From Candidatus Latescibacterota bacterium (GTDB lineage Bacteria; Latescibacterota; UBA2968; UBA8231), in contig OZ253462.1 in assembly GCA_965261395.1 (NCBI GenBank), positions 2,912,001 to 2,976,000 of the forward strand: DNA of 64,000 nt, read 5' to 3'. The number at the start of each line of letters is the position of its first letter. Position 1 is the stretch's first letter. Below are positions 42,973 through 53,316 of the stretch, piece by piece. The notes beneath the pieces are model-generated. The model did not search any database and was not told the DNA's origin. It saw only the letters and a list, made by a program, of their open reading frames with translations. Position numbers and translations under genes: made by a program.

Positions 42973-43338
42973 CTACTCTGCGACTTGGGCGCTGATGATC
43001 AAGTGCTCGACCCAGTCGTCCCCCGTGTTGGAAAGCTGGTGCTTGACCCTCGGCGGGATGTGTACCGCGTCGCCCTCGCGCACCTCGTACATCTCCCCGT
43101 CGATCTTCATCCGCCCCTGGCCGCTGAGGAAGTAGTACACTTGCTCGGTGGCCTCGTGTTCGTGGTAATCCCCATCCAGCCCCCCTTGTAGGCGATGGAG
43201 CGTCAGCCCGGAAAACCCTAGGAGTACTGACTCGTTATCGTCCAACCCCTCGGCGCTCTGAGCGCGGAAGATCGACCAGATCAGCTTGGATTCATGCCCG
43301 ACGACGGGCGTGACGTTGCGCCAATTGCGAATGACCAA
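42973..43338 (-). CDS. Cupin domain protein
   Basis: HEH..EQVYY..G, GDAVHIPP..H. Confidence 0.85.
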   Translation of the reverse strand: MVIRNWRNVTPVVGHESKLIWSIFRAQSAEGLDDNESVLLGFSGLTLHRLQGGLDGDYHEHEATEQVYYFLSGQGRMKIDGEMYEVREGDAVHIPPRVKHQLSNTGDDWVEHLIISAQVAE

Positions 43339-43492
43339 AATGTCCTCCTCGCGTTTTAAATCGTGTGGGTGAAATTCGTCGGCTTAACATACCAAACGGT
43401 AGGACGCGGGCAAAGCGCGCCCTGTTGCCAGCACACTGTTTGGTTAGATTTGTCCCGAACTTCTCGCACCCCAACCGAGGGAGTAGCTATTT

Positions 43493-44386
43493 ATGACTAC
43501 CGCCTCTATCGACACAGCCCCTCTGCCGCAAGCCACCTTCGGCAAGACCGGCGCACACGTTCCTTTGCTCGGCTTGGGCACGGCCCCCGGAGGCTTTGGC
43601 CTAGCAGACGCGGATGCCATCGCGCTTTTTGAACGGGCCATTGACCTCGGCGTTACCTACATCGACACAGCCCCTGGCTACGAGCGCGCCCAGAGCCAGC
43701 TCGCGCAGATTGTCCCTCATTGTCGGCGCGAGTTGTTCTTGGTTAGCAAAGCCCACACGGCCCACTACCAAGAGGCGCTCGATATCGTCGAAAAGAATTT
43801 GGACGCCTTGGGCACCGACCATTTGGATCTGATGTACGTCCACTCGCTGGGGCACTTAGACGTAGAACAAGTACTGGCCAAAGACGGTGCTCTCGCCGGC
43901 TTGCGCGAAGCGCAGCGTCGCGGTTGGACCCGCTATATCGGCATCACCGCTCACCACGCGCCCTGGAAATCCGCCAAGGTCCTGCGCGAGGTCGAGATCG
44001 ACGCCTGCATGTTCGCCCTCAACTTCGTCGACTGTCACGTTTACAACTTCGAGGAGGTGGTCCTGCCCTTGGCTCGCGCCCAGAACGCTGCCGTCGCTGC
44101 GATGAAGGTGTACGGTGGGGCCATCGACATGGAGTACGACAAGCCCCGGCCCTCGGAGCTGACCAACAGCGGCTTTGACGATCACGAGCGGGCGCTGCGC
44201 TACGCCTTGGGATTGCCGGGGGTGAGCTTGGCGGTCATTGGAGTGTATAACGAGGAAGAGCTGGTGCAGAATATCGAATGGGTGCGGCGCTACGCGGCGT
44301 TGGATGCTGGTGAACAGCAGGGACTGCTAGCGCAGGGACGGGATATGGCGCGTCAATGGGGGCCGCACTACGGGTCGGTGGAGTGA
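43493..44386 (+). CDS. Aldo/keto reductase
   Basis: LGLGT, YIDTAPGY, AMKVYGG. Confidence 0.9.
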   Translation: MTTASIDTAPLPQATFGKTGAHVPLLGLGTAPGGFGLADADAIALFERAIDLGVTYIDTAPGYERAQSQLAQIVPHCRRELFLVSKAHTAHYQEALDIVEKNLDALGTDHLDLMYVHSLGHLDVEQVLAKDGALAGLREAQRRGWTRYIGITAHHAPWKSAKVLREVEIDACMFALNFVDCHVYNFEEVVLPLARAQNAAVAAMKVYGGAIDMEYDKPRPSELTNSGFDDHERALRYALGLPGVSLAVIGVYNEEELVQNIEWVRRYAALDAGEQQGLLAQGRDMARQWGPHYGSVE

Positions 44387-44419
44387 GCCTCCGCAATACA
44401 AAATATTAATGGGGAATTT

Positions 44420-45553
44420 ATGAAAATCACCAAGGTCAAAGCCCTTGTTTCATCAAGCGGCCATTTTTTCGTGAAGGTAGAAACCGATGCTGGCATCTAC
44501 GGTCTCGGTGAAGGTGGCGTAAGACGACGTGCCCTCGCTCTAGCCGAAGTCGTTCGCTCTTTTGAACCGTTTCTCATTGGTGCAGACCCGTTCCAAATTG
44601 AACATCTGTGGCAAGTGATGTTCCGCGGTGGCTTCTTCCCCGGCGGGGTCGTCCAATCCGCCGCAGTGAGTGCCGTCGATATCGCACTTTGGGACATCAA
44701 AGGGAAAGCACTCAATGTTCCTGTGTACGAACTTTTAGGCGGACGCACGAGGGACAAAGTCGTCTGCTATCCGCACAACGGTGGCGGCACAATTGATGCC
44801 CTCGTTGAGAGTTGTCGAAAGACCCATGAAGCCGGTTGGAAATTCGTCCGCTGGGGCTTGGCTGATGGTGCAGACAAAGGGACGTTTGAACCCAGACGCG
44901 CTATTCAGCACGGTGTTGAGCAGGTGCAGGCCGTTCGCAATGCATTGGGCGATCAGGTCCACATATTAGTTGACGTGCATACCCGTCTCGATCCGGCGGA
45001 TAGCCTCGATTTCTGCAACAAGGTTGCTCCCTACAATCCGTTTTTCATTGAAGATCCGCTGCGGAGTGAAAACCCAGCCAGTCTCCGGCGGCTCCGCCAA
45101 CAGACCTCCGTCCCGCTCGCTGTCGGTGAACAATTTGACAGCAAGTGGACCTTCAGAGAAGTCATTGAGGAGGATCTGATGGATTACTGCCGCGTTGACG
45201 TGTGCATAGCCGGTGGATTGACAGAGGCGCGTAAAATTGCCGGGTGGTGCGAAACGCATTACATCCATCTGGCACCGCACAACCCGCTCGGTCCGGTTTC
45301 CACCGCCGCCTGTCTGCATCTCTGTTTAGCATCCTCACTCGTGGGTGTTCAGGAGCTTCCACGGGCACCGATGTCTTCACTGACCGATGAGTTTCCGGTG
45401 CAGGTGCCGTTTGAATCTGGTTACCTCTTACCTCCCGCAGCCCCCGGCCTCGGTATTGAATTCAACGAGGCAGCATTCACCAACGTGTCAACACAGGACT
45501 ACGGACCACCCGCCGGCTATCAGCGCGATGACGGGTCCTATACAAATTGGTAG
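44420..45553 (+). CDS. Mandelate racemase/galactonate dehydratase family enolase
   Basis: DIALWDIKGK, DVH, EDP, GEQ, HNPLGP. Confidence 0.9.
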   Translation: MKITKVKALVSSSGHFFVKVETDAGIYGLGEGGVRRRALALAEVVRSFEPFLIGADPFQIEHLWQVMFRGGFFPGGVVQSAAVSAVDIALWDIKGKALNVPVYELLGGRTRDKVVCYPHNGGGTIDALVESCRKTHEAGWKFVRWGLADGADKGTFEPRRAIQHGVEQVQAVRNALGDQVHILVDVHTRLDPADSLDFCNKVAPYNPFFIEDPLRSENPASLRRLRQQTSVPLAVGEQFDSKWTFREVIEEDLMDYCRVDVCIAGGLTEARKIAGWCETHYIHLAPHNPLGPVSTAACLHLCLASSLVGVQELPRAPMSSLTDEFPVQVPFESGYLLPPAAPGLGIEFNEAAFTNVSTQDYGPPAGYQRDDGSYTNW

Positions 45554-45620
45554 GGATTAAAGAATGGGGGCGCGCTACGGGCCGGTGGAGTGAGCCTTTT
45601 ATCCTTGAGGAGGCGATATA

Positions 45621-45923
45621 ATGGTAAGCCAAGATGTAGATTTACCTATAGAGTCAATCAATATATTATGTCGGCGCTATCAGGTGCGAGAGCTTGCACT
45701 TTTCGGATCGGCTCTCGGGGATAGTTTTGGGCCGGACAGTGATCTCGATTTTCTGGTGGAGTTTCAACCAGAAGCACAGGTAGGCTTTATGAAGCTGGCT
45801 AGGATGCAGAGAGAATTTTCGGCTATACTTAATCGCAAGGTAGATTTAGTACCCAAGGGAGGACTGAAGCCAAAAATACGCCAAGCAATACTTTCCGGTG
45901 CAGAAGTACTCTATGCGTCGTGA
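45621..45923 (+). CDS. MntA-type nucleotidyltransferase antitoxin
   Basis: LFGSAL..SDLDFLVEF, RKVDLV. Confidence 0.88.
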   Translation: MVSQDVDLPIESINILCRRYQVRELALFGSALGDSFGPDSDLDFLVEFQPEAQVGFMKLARMQREFSAILNRKVDLVPKGGLKPKIRQAILSGAEVLYAS

Positions 45924-46060
45924 AGAACTATATCTTACCGACATGGTAGAGGCTGCAGATGCCATAGGTCAATTTCTCCTTGGTGTCGAGCAGGATGCCT
46001 TTTTTCAGAACGACCTCGTACGTAGTGCTGTCCTACAAAAGTTAATAATCATTGGTGAAG
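45913..46060 (+). pseudogene. Truncated HepT/DUF86 toxin
   Basis: MRREELYLTDM...SAVLQKLIIIGE then runs into a repeat; RxxxxH motif missing. Confidence 0.8.
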
Positions 46061-46092
46061 GGGCCGCACTACGGGCCGATGGAGTGAGCCTT

Positions 46093-46473
46093 TTATTCTT
46101 CGTCCAGAGCGATAGGCAAAGGCCGAACGCGTATTCGGTCTTCCTCCAGAATCACAATACTGCCCTGTACAAGCGCCTCCTTAAAGCGATCCATATTGTT
46201 GAGTAGAAGCAGAAGCTGCTGTTCTGGTCGGCGGGTCGTATTTCGGCGGAATAAGATGACAGAAGGTTGGGCTGCACGGCGCATAGCTAGTAGGGTGCCA
46301 AAGTCCGTATCAGCCGAGATCACGACTTGCCCCTCCCGAGCTGCACAATCGAAGATGGCGGTATCGGCGGCATCCTTTAGGCCCCGGTCGCGTACATGTT
46401 CGGCCCGATAGCCGGCCTGCCGCAGTCCCTCTGCTAGTCCAGGCGATAGGGCGTTATCCACCAGGAATTTCAT
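46093..46473 (-). CDS. DUF5615 PIN-like toxin (VapC45-like)
   Basis: [18 protein letters not shown]. Confidence 0.88.
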   Translation of the reverse strand: MKFLVDNALSPGLAEGLRQAGYRAEHVRDRGLKDAADTAIFDCAAREGQVVISADTDFGTLLAMRRAAQPSVILFRRNTTRRPEQQLLLLLNNMDRFKEALVQGSIVILEEDRIRVRPLPIALDEE

Positions 46474-46700
46474 CCTGTGCCTGTCAAAGGCAGCACCTGC
46501 TCGCGTAGCGCTTCCGCCGCATAGTGCAGCGCTTCGCGGATATCTTCCGGTTCAAGGTCGGGATAGGCTTGGAGGATCTCCTGCTGGCTCATGTCTTCGG
46601 CGACCATCCCCACAATGGTTGCCACCGGGATACGCATCCCCCGAATGCAGGGAGTGCCTCCCATTTGAGCTGGGTCTACTGTAATGCGTCTATATCTCAT
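46470..46700 (-). CDS. DUF433 antitoxin
   Basis: [26 protein letters not shown]. Confidence 0.9.
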   Translation of the reverse strand: MRYRRITVDPAQMGGTPCIRGMRIPVATIVGMVAEDMSQQEILQAYPDLEPEDIREALHYAAEALREQVLPLTGTG

Positions 46701-46788
46701 AAAATGAAAGATGTCGAAGAGGCGATGTAATGACAAACCGCAATATAAATACCCCTATAGAGCCAATCAATGTATTATGTCGGTGCTA

Positions 46789-47676
46789 TCAGGTGCGAGC
46801 CTTCGTCCCCCTTTGCTGGTAGAGCAGGCCGGCGACGATGAGCACAAGTCCCGCTAAGGTCGCCCAGCGAATCGCCTCTCCCAGCGCGAAGTGAATCAGC
46901 ACTAGGGAGCAGAACGGGGAAATAAAGATTAGGTTGCCGACCTTGGCGGTATTTTCCGCGTAGCGCAGCGCCCATTGCCACAGGACATACGCAATCCCCA
47001 TTTCGAAAAGGCCGATGTACACCGCCCCCAACAAACCCGGCCAAGCAGGTGCCCGCCACTGGCCCATCAGCAGGACACAGCCGAACGCCAGCGGCAGCGA
47101 CAGAGCGAAATTGAGGAAGAGCCGCACCACGGGATCGCGCTCGTCGCGGGTATTGTAGATCCAATAAAAGGCCCATACCACTGTGCTACCCAGCGCCAGA
47201 GCCACTCCGAGCGGATCGGAAAAGCGCAAGGTCCAGATTTCGCCGCGAGTGGAGATGACCAGTACGCCCGCATAACAAATCAAGCCTGCGGCCAGATCGC
47301 GTCGGCCAATCCGCTGTCCCAAGAGCGGGATCGAGAGCCAAGTCAGGGTGAGAGCCCAAGTATAATTGAGTGCCTGCGCCTCTTGGGCGGGCAGAAGCTG
47401 GTAGGCTTTGAAGAGGATCAGATAGTAGAGCAGGGGATTTAACGCCCCTAGCGTCAGCGAGCGGGCGTAATCAGTCGGCCGGCTGCTGAGTACTTGTCCC
47501 ACCTTCCCCTGCGCGACGACCAGCACCCCCAGCGCCCCGGTCGAAGCGCAGCTAGCCCAGAACAGCAGCTCGGCGTAGTCCATATAGCGGAGGGTGATCT
47601 TGAACGCCGACGCCACGGTGGACCACAGCAACACCGCGGCCAACCCGCAGAGATAAGCCCTTTTTCGATTGTGCAT
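46789..47676 (-). CDS. EamA/DMT family transporter
   Basis: LWSTVASAFK, AQALNYTW, about 10 TMs. Confidence 0.88.
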   Translation of the reverse strand: MHNRKRAYLCGLAAVLLWSTVASAFKITLRYMDYAELLFWASCASTGALGVLVVAQGKVGQVLSSRPTDYARSLTLGALNPLLYYLILFKAYQLLPAQEAQALNYTWALTLTWLSIPLLGQRIGRRDLAAGLICYAGVLVISTRGEIWTLRFSDPLGVALALGSTVVWAFYWIYNTRDERDPVVRLFLNFALSLPLAFGCVLLMGQWRAPAWPGLLGAVYIGLFEMGIAYVLWQWALRYAENTAKVGNLIFISPFCSLVLIHFALGEAIRWATLAGLVLIVAGLLYQQRGTKART

Positions 47677-47690
47677 AAGAAAAATGTATC

Positions 47691-47716
47691 CGCAGATGAA
47701 CGCAGATGAACGCAGA
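47691..47716 (+). repeat. Short tandem decamer (CGCAGATGAA)x2.6 intergenic repeat
   Basis: Directly visible. Confidence 0.6.
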
Positions 47717-47759
47717 GGCGGGGAATGTTAAGACGGCCTCTATGGCAACCGCCACCCCG

Positions 47760-49145
47760 CTAAAACTGCGTAACCTGCTTGGGGCCAATGTCCACGGCTT
47801 GGGCCAGCGCGTCGAAGTTCTGTTTCAGCAGCGCGAAGCGCACGTCTGCGTAGGCGGGGTCGTCCCAGCGGTTGTCGAACTCGCTTGGGTCTTCCTCTAG
47901 GTCAAATAGCTCTCCCAAGGCGCGGTCGTGGTAGCAGACTAGTTTGTAGCGCTGGTCGCGGATCATCGTGCCGTAGGTGCCTTGGAGATGCTCCCGACCC
48001 GGCGCGTCTGGGTTTAAGGCGCGGTAGTACTCGCTGCGGACGTAGGCGCGGTGCGTCTGGGCTTGGCCGGTTAGCAGCGGCCACAGCGAGCGCCCCTGCA
48101 TCCTCTCGGGCGCGGCGACCCCAGCTAGTTCCAGCAAGGTCGGGGCAATGTCCATCAGCTCGACCAGCGCATCGCAGACGCTTCCTTCGCGCACGTGCCC
48201 CGGCCAGGAGCAAATCAAGGGCACCCGCACTAAGCACTCGTAAAATCGGCACCCCTTGCCCACGAGCTGGTGATCGCCCAACAGCTCGCCGTGATCCGAA
48301 GTGAAAATCACTAGGGTATTCTCGCGCTGGCCGCTTTCTTCTAGGGCTTGGATCATGCGCCCTACATTGTCGTCGATCAATTCGATCATCGCGTAGTACG
48401 CCGCCATAACTTCCTTGGCATGAGCCAAGCCAATGGACGCGGCTCCGTCCACCGGCCCCAGCTTCGCATGGGCTTGGGGGTCCTTTGCGCTCCACAGCGG
48501 ATCGGGTAATGCTGCCGGATCGTAGCGGTCTAAGTACTCTTGCGGCGGATCGAAGGGCGCGTGCGGGTCGAACATGTTGACGCTCATCAGCCAAGGCGTG
48601 GTGCGCTCCTCGCGCATAAATTCGATGGCCTTGTCCGCACACCAAGTCGTCTGGTGCAGCGCGGGCGGCATCTGGGCTGGGTCCTCGCGTAGCTCGGCTA
48701 AGGTGCGGCCCTGGGAGCGGATCCAATCGGCGTACGCGTGGCCTGCGGGCCACTGGTCGCGCGAGTCGTGGCTCCAGTGGAAGACGCGATAGCCGTCGTC
48801 GCCGCGCGGCTCGATCCGGCCATGGGCACCGGCTAGGTGCAGCTTGCCGGCCAATCCGCAGTCGTAAGATGCGGCGTCGGTTAGCAGCTTGGTGACCAGC
48901 GGGGCCGCGCCCGACCAGTGGGCATTGCCATTGGTGCAGCCGTGGACGCTGCTCGGGTACATGCCGGTGAGGAAGCTGGCGCGGCTGGGGGTGCAGATCG
49001 GGCTTTGGCAAAAGGTGTGGGTAAACGCGGTGCCCTCGCCGGCTAGGCGGTCGATGTGCGGGGTGCGGATGTGCTCGTTGCCCAGCGCGCCAATTGTATC
49101 GTAGCGCTGTTGATCGGTGCAGATCCAGAGAATGTTCGGACGCAT
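47760..49145 (-). CDS. Sulfatase (formylglycine-dependent)
   Basis: PNILWICTDQQR, CTPSRAS, GKLH, SDHG. Confidence 0.93.
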   Translation of the reverse strand: MRPNILWICTDQQRYDTIGALGNEHIRTPHIDRLAGEGTAFTHTFCQSPICTPSRASFLTGMYPSSVHGCTNGNAHWSGAAPLVTKLLTDAASYDCGLAGKLHLAGAHGRIEPRGDDGYRVFHWSHDSRDQWPAGHAYADWIRSQGRTLAELREDPAQMPPALHQTTWCADKAIEFMREERTTPWLMSVNMFDPHAPFDPPQEYLDRYDPAALPDPLWSAKDPQAHAKLGPVDGAASIGLAHAKEVMAAYYAMIELIDDNVGRMIQALEESGQRENTLVIFTSDHGELLGDHQLVGKGCRFYECLVRVPLICSWPGHVREGSVCDALVELMDIAPTLLELAGVAAPERMQGRSLWPLLTGQAQTHRAYVRSEYYRALNPDAPGREHLQGTYGTMIRDQRYKLVCYHDRALGELFDLEEDPSEFDNRWDDPAYADVRFALLKQNFDALAQAVDIGPKQVTQF

Positions 49146-49195
49146 GGTTGGGTCTCCCATCGTGTCTAGGCGTGGTTGCGTATATTTACCCTATT

Positions 49196-50191
49196 ATGCC
49201 CAATGCTATCAACGCCCTTGTGCTCGCCCTTGTGCTCGCCGGATCGACCTTGGCCGACGACGCCGAGGTCCGCGGCATCACCATTTCCACCCACGGCATC
49301 GGCCGCGACTGGGGCACCGACGCCATCGTGCCGACGCTAGAGGATATTCGCGCCGTCGGTGCCAACTGGGTGGCGATCCATCCCTACGCCAGAATCAGTG
49401 CCGACGGCACACTCCGGTGGTCGGACATCGATCCGGCCGATCCGCCAGCCCATATCGTCCGCCCCATTCGCGAGGCTCACCGCTTGGGATTGCGCATCTA
49501 TATCAAGCCCCATATTGCCTATTGGCGCTCGCCCTTCTCCTGGCGGGGCGAGATCGCCTTTACACGCGATGAGGATTGGCAGCGGTTTTGGCGGGACTAT
49601 CGGGAGTGGATCGCGCTGTTGGCCACTGTCTGCCGGGAGGCCGATGGCTTCGTCGTCGGCACGGAGCTCGACCGCATGTTGGCCTTTGAGGAAGAATGGC
49701 GCGCACTCATCGCCGAGGTGCGCCAGCGCACCGACGCGCCCCTGACCTATGCGGCCAATTGGACCGATTATCGCCAAGTGCCCTTCTGGGACGCTCTCGA
49801 CGTCATCGGCATCCAGGCCTATTTCCCCCTCACCGATGATCCCGCGTACGACGAGGAAGACATCCGCGCTGGTTGGGCGGAGCGCATGAGGGAACTGCGG
49901 GCCTTTGGCGAGCAACACAACCGCAATATCCTCTTCACTGAACTGGGCTACAACCAGTCGCACCAAGCGCCGATCGCGCCGTGGACGTATCCGGTGGATG
50001 GCGAGGATGCGCTCCCCGTTCAGGTGGCCTGTCTGCGCACTGCGCTCGACGCCATCTCCAAGGAGCCGCGCGTCGTTGGTGCCTTGCTGTGGAAGTGGTT
50101 CCCGCATCCGCGCCCGGTCGGTCGCAACTTTCAGCTGGCGATCCCGCCGATCAAGCGCGTCATTGCCGAGGCATGGCTTAGCCCGCAATAA
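49196..50191 (+). CDS. Glycoside hydrolase family 113-like protein
   Basis: IKPH, WRGEI, GTEL, TYAANW, AYFPL, FTELGY. Confidence 0.8.
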   Translation: MPNAINALVLALVLAGSTLADDAEVRGITISTHGIGRDWGTDAIVPTLEDIRAVGANWVAIHPYARISADGTLRWSDIDPADPPAHIVRPIREAHRLGLRIYIKPHIAYWRSPFSWRGEIAFTRDEDWQRFWRDYREWIALLATVCREADGFVVGTELDRMLAFEEEWRALIAEVRQRTDAPLTYAANWTDYRQVPFWDALDVIGIQAYFPLTDDPAYDEEDIRAGWAERMRELRAFGEQHNRNILFTELGYNQSHQAPIAPWTYPVDGEDALPVQVACLRTALDAISKEPRVVGALLWKWFPHPRPVGRNFQLAIPPIKRVIAEAWLSPQ

Positions 50192-51173
50192 GCCCGGTCC
50201 CGCGCAGCAAGGTTTCCTGCACTAAAAGCTCGTGGTCGAGTGAGCGGTCTGGCCCGTGCTCGCCCTTGAGCACTCGTACAAGGGACGCCAATTCGAGTTC
50301 GTAGAGTCCCTGCCGCGAAATTCCTTCAAAAGGCACCATTTGCATGCCTTCTGCATAGCCGTCGGCTGCCTCGGTCAGGCAGAGCCGGATGGTGTGGCCC
50401 GGCTCAAAAGGCTCTAGCAAAATCGCGCTGCCGCGCTCGCCATAGACTTCAAAGCGCCGGGCCATCGGCTGTGGCTCCATCGCCGCAATATCGACCCAGG
50501 CCATGGCCCGCTCGTATTCAAAAACGCCGAGCGTGTTGTCTTGAAACGCAGGCACGATTCCGGTGTCGTTGCGCAGGAAGGTCGTCACCTTGTCCGGCCG
50601 CCCCAGAATCCACACCACTTGGTCGAGCATGTGCCCGGCCAGATCGTAGAAGATGCCGCCGTGGTGACCGGCGGCGATTACTTCGCGCCCGGCTGTGGTA
50701 ATGTTGGTGGACATGTGGGCGCGCACCGAATAGACATTGCCCAAAACCCCCGACCGCGCCCACGCCGCGATCTGGCTGAAGCCAGGATGGTAGCGCAGCA
50801 TAAAGCCCATTTGCACTTGTAGATCGGCGGCCTGCGCCTCCGCTACGACCCGCTGCCACTGCGCCCAATCGTCCCCGGCGGGCTTGTCGTACCACACGTG
50901 CTTGCCGGCTTGGACGATGCGCCCGGTTTGGTCCAGGCTCTCGTCGTTGCGGCCCTCGGAGGCGACGGCGACAATGGAGCTATCGCCGAGCAGCTCTTCT
51001 TCACTGTCCAAGAAGCGGACCTGTCGATAGGGTTCGTCGTCGGCAACTTGTCGGCGGCGCTCGTCGTCGGGTTCGTACAGGCCGACGACTTCGACTTCGG
51101 GGTTGTCGAGCATTGCCTTGAGTTTGCCGGCGGCGTGCCCGTGCTTGGTGCCGTATTGCGCCATGCGGATCAT
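50178..51173 (-). CDS. Gfo/Idh/MocA oxidoreductase
   Basis: AGKHVWYDKP, GFMLRY, DLAGHMLD. Confidence 0.88.
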   Translation of the reverse strand: MIRMAQYGTKHGHAAGKLKAMLDNPEVEVVGLYEPDDERRRQVADDEPYRQVRFLDSEEELLGDSSIVAVASEGRNDESLDQTGRIVQAGKHVWYDKPAGDDWAQWQRVVAEAQAADLQVQMGFMLRYHPGFSQIAAWARSGVLGNVYSVRAHMSTNITTAGREVIAAGHHGGIFYDLAGHMLDQVVWILGRPDKVTTFLRNDTGIVPAFQDNTLGVFEYERAMAWVDIAAMEPQPMARRFEVYGERGSAILLEPFEPGHTIRLCLTEAADGYAEGMQMVPFEGISRQGLYELELASLVRVLKGEHGPDRSLDHELLVQETLLRGTGLIAG

Positions 51174-51200
51174 GGGATCTCCTCGTTGTAAAGGGGGAAG

Positions 51201-51327
51201 CAAAACCCGAGCAAACGTTGAAAATTGTCGTAAGATACTGTTTTTACAAGATATTTTAACATCCGAGACATCCGCTTATCGCCCAAAATCAAAACCCGAT
51301 CAAACGTTGGCCTCTCACGCCCAAAAC
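51201..51327. repeat. ~127 bp direct repeat, copy 1 (copy 2 at 52867-52993), flanking the AlbA_2 gene
   Basis: High identity by eye; each copy contains two CAAAACCCGATCAAACGTTG-like 20-mers. Confidence 0.9.
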
Positions 51328-52778
51328 GGCACGTAGCCCGATTGCGGACGCTCGGGGTCGGCGACTTTGATGAGTTGCCGGTCTCGCGCTCGTCGGATCA
51401 CCTGCGACACTTGTGCGGCATTTCGCGTATCTATACCTAAACGTGCTCGCAGGCTGCTGTTTTTCATCAATTCTCCATTCACGAACTTCAATACGGCGTG
51501 CTGATAGCACGCCCGGATGCGCTCTTCGACCGTCATCGCGGCAAATCGGCGCGGCGCAAAAAGAACCGCACAAGTCGCCTCTATCCCGCCTTCCTGGACG
51601 CGAAAATCCGGTGGCGGCAACTGATAGAGCTCCACAGCCGCCACGACCTTGTCGATACCTGTACCTTGCTCCTCGCACAACTTCATGCGCCGCATGAAAG
51701 CGGCAAGTGCTTCGTTTCTCGAGCGCGGCGGGGAGTCGATAAACCGATTGGGGCTGATCAGAGGCTTGCCCGGATTGGTGACCTCCAGCCGATTGCTGAA
51801 GAGTTCAATCGACGGTCCGGCTCCGGTAATAGTCATGTCTTGGTGAATAAGCGCATTGGCGATCAACTCGCGGAGGGCAATCGGCGGGAACAGCGGCTGC
51901 TCGATTCGGAAAACTTGGTCAATTTGCTCGTTCCTCGGTAACAGCCGGTCGATAAACTCAACAAGCTTGGCAAAGCCAACGGCATAACCGCGTGGTTCGT
52001 CGTGCCGGTGGGTTACCACATCCGCGCGTCCCATTCCATTGTAGGCCGTGAAGCGCACCGCCTTACGCGCAATCCGCGAGTCGAACTCATCGAGGCGATT
52101 GGCAAACAGAATCGCGCCCAGATTGGTGATATTCCAGCGGCCACCGACATCCGGGGTGATGATTCGGTCTTGGTTCAATCGCTCCAAGATTGCTTGCGGA
52201 TTGGCCATCAGTGATTGGTCCATAAGCGCGAAATAGCTCGCATAGTCAATGCGGGCCAGTACGTCATCGTCTGTGAGGAACTGTGCGGCGATGCCGCTTT
52301 CCCAGAGGTATGGCTGGAGTTTGTTCCAGAGAGTTTTCTGACGGTCAGGATAATCGGATAAGCGCGGTGTCGCCGAACCGATTCGGCAATATGCAGTGCG
52401 CTCAAACTCCACCGGACTTGTGGTTGCGGAGGGAATCTCAAGCAGAACCAGCCTTCCCTCTGGATGCGCCACAATCTGAAATGTGAAGGCGACATCTGGG
52501 CTGAGCCGCTGCGCCAGCCAAAACGCCAGCGGCTGGCCATGGCGTTTGACGGCATCCGGATCAAAGTGCGTCCCGGTTATGGCGCGATCAGAATCCCGCA
52601 CCCCCCAAAGCAGATAGGCGAAATCTCGCTCTGCCAGCGCAGCGGCATTGGAAAGAGCCGAGATGTATTTGCCGATCACGGGGGGCGCAAAGTTGTTTTC
52701 CTTGAACTCAACACAGGTGGTTTCGGCAGACGCCGCCAGCAAATCGTCGATCAGCGCGAGGGTGCGGGTGTCGTTCAT
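51315..52778 (-). CDS. Schlafen/AlbA_2 + HATPase_c_4 + HTH protein
   Basis: VEFKEN, SALSN, LRELIANALIHQD, NPG, EEQGTGIDK. Confidence 0.88.
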   Translation of the reverse strand: MNDTRTLALIDDLLAASAETTCVEFKENNFAPPVIGKYISALSNAAALAERDFAYLLWGVRDSDRAITGTHFDPDAVKRHGQPLAFWLAQRLSPDVAFTFQIVAHPEGRLVLLEIPSATTSPVEFERTAYCRIGSATPRLSDYPDRQKTLWNKLQPYLWESGIAAQFLTDDDVLARIDYASYFALMDQSLMANPQAILERLNQDRIITPDVGGRWNITNLGAILFANRLDEFDSRIARKAVRFTAYNGMGRADVVTHRHDEPRGYAVGFAKLVEFIDRLLPRNEQIDQVFRIEQPLFPPIALRELIANALIHQDMTITGAGPSIELFSNRLEVTNPGKPLISPNRFIDSPPRSRNEALAAFMRRMKLCEEQGTGIDKVVAAVELYQLPPPDFRVQEGGIEATCAVLFAPRRFAAMTVEERIRACYQHAVLKFVNGELMKNSSLRARLGIDTRNAAQVSQVIRRARDRQLIKVADPERPQSGYVPFWA

Positions 52779-52993
52779 GCGTTCATCCCCCTGCGGTCCC
52801 GTCTAGTCGGCAGTGCGCCGTGCTTGGTGCCGCTTTGCGCCATACGGTCTCGCGGAAAGGTGGAATCAAAACCTGATCAAACGTTGAAAATCGTCGTAAG
52901 ATACTGTTTTTACAAGAGACTTTAACATCCGAGACATCGGCTTTGCGCCCAAAATCAAAACCCGATCAAACGTTGGCCTTTCACGCCCAAAAC

Positions 52994-53084
52994 ATTGGTG
53001 AATCGGTTTGGGGCGGGTCGTCGTTTCCTCGGACAGGCGCGTATCCAAGCCGCCCGCGGGAATCAGGGCCTTCGTAATATGCAC
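52994..53084 (-). pseudogene. N-terminal stub of a sugar-1-phosphate nucleotidyltransferase (GalU/RfbF-like)
   Basis: KALIPAGGLDTRLSEET..RPKP signature then truncation at the repeat. Confidence 0.7.
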
Positions 53085-53316
53085 TTACTTTTAAATAAAC
53101 AAATCATTGTTTTTTAAGGACATTTGCCTTCGTTGAGCGGCGGGATGCACGTTGCAATAAAATAAAGTTTGCGCCAAAAGTCCAAATCGCCCTGCCGGTA
53201 GCCGAGCGTTTTGTGGATGGCTGCGGCTTGGCACGACAACTCGGATCACACTGCGACCAAGCCGTTATAAAATGCGGAGAAAATCAATTGTCAAACGAAA
53301 GAATGATTTTGCCACC

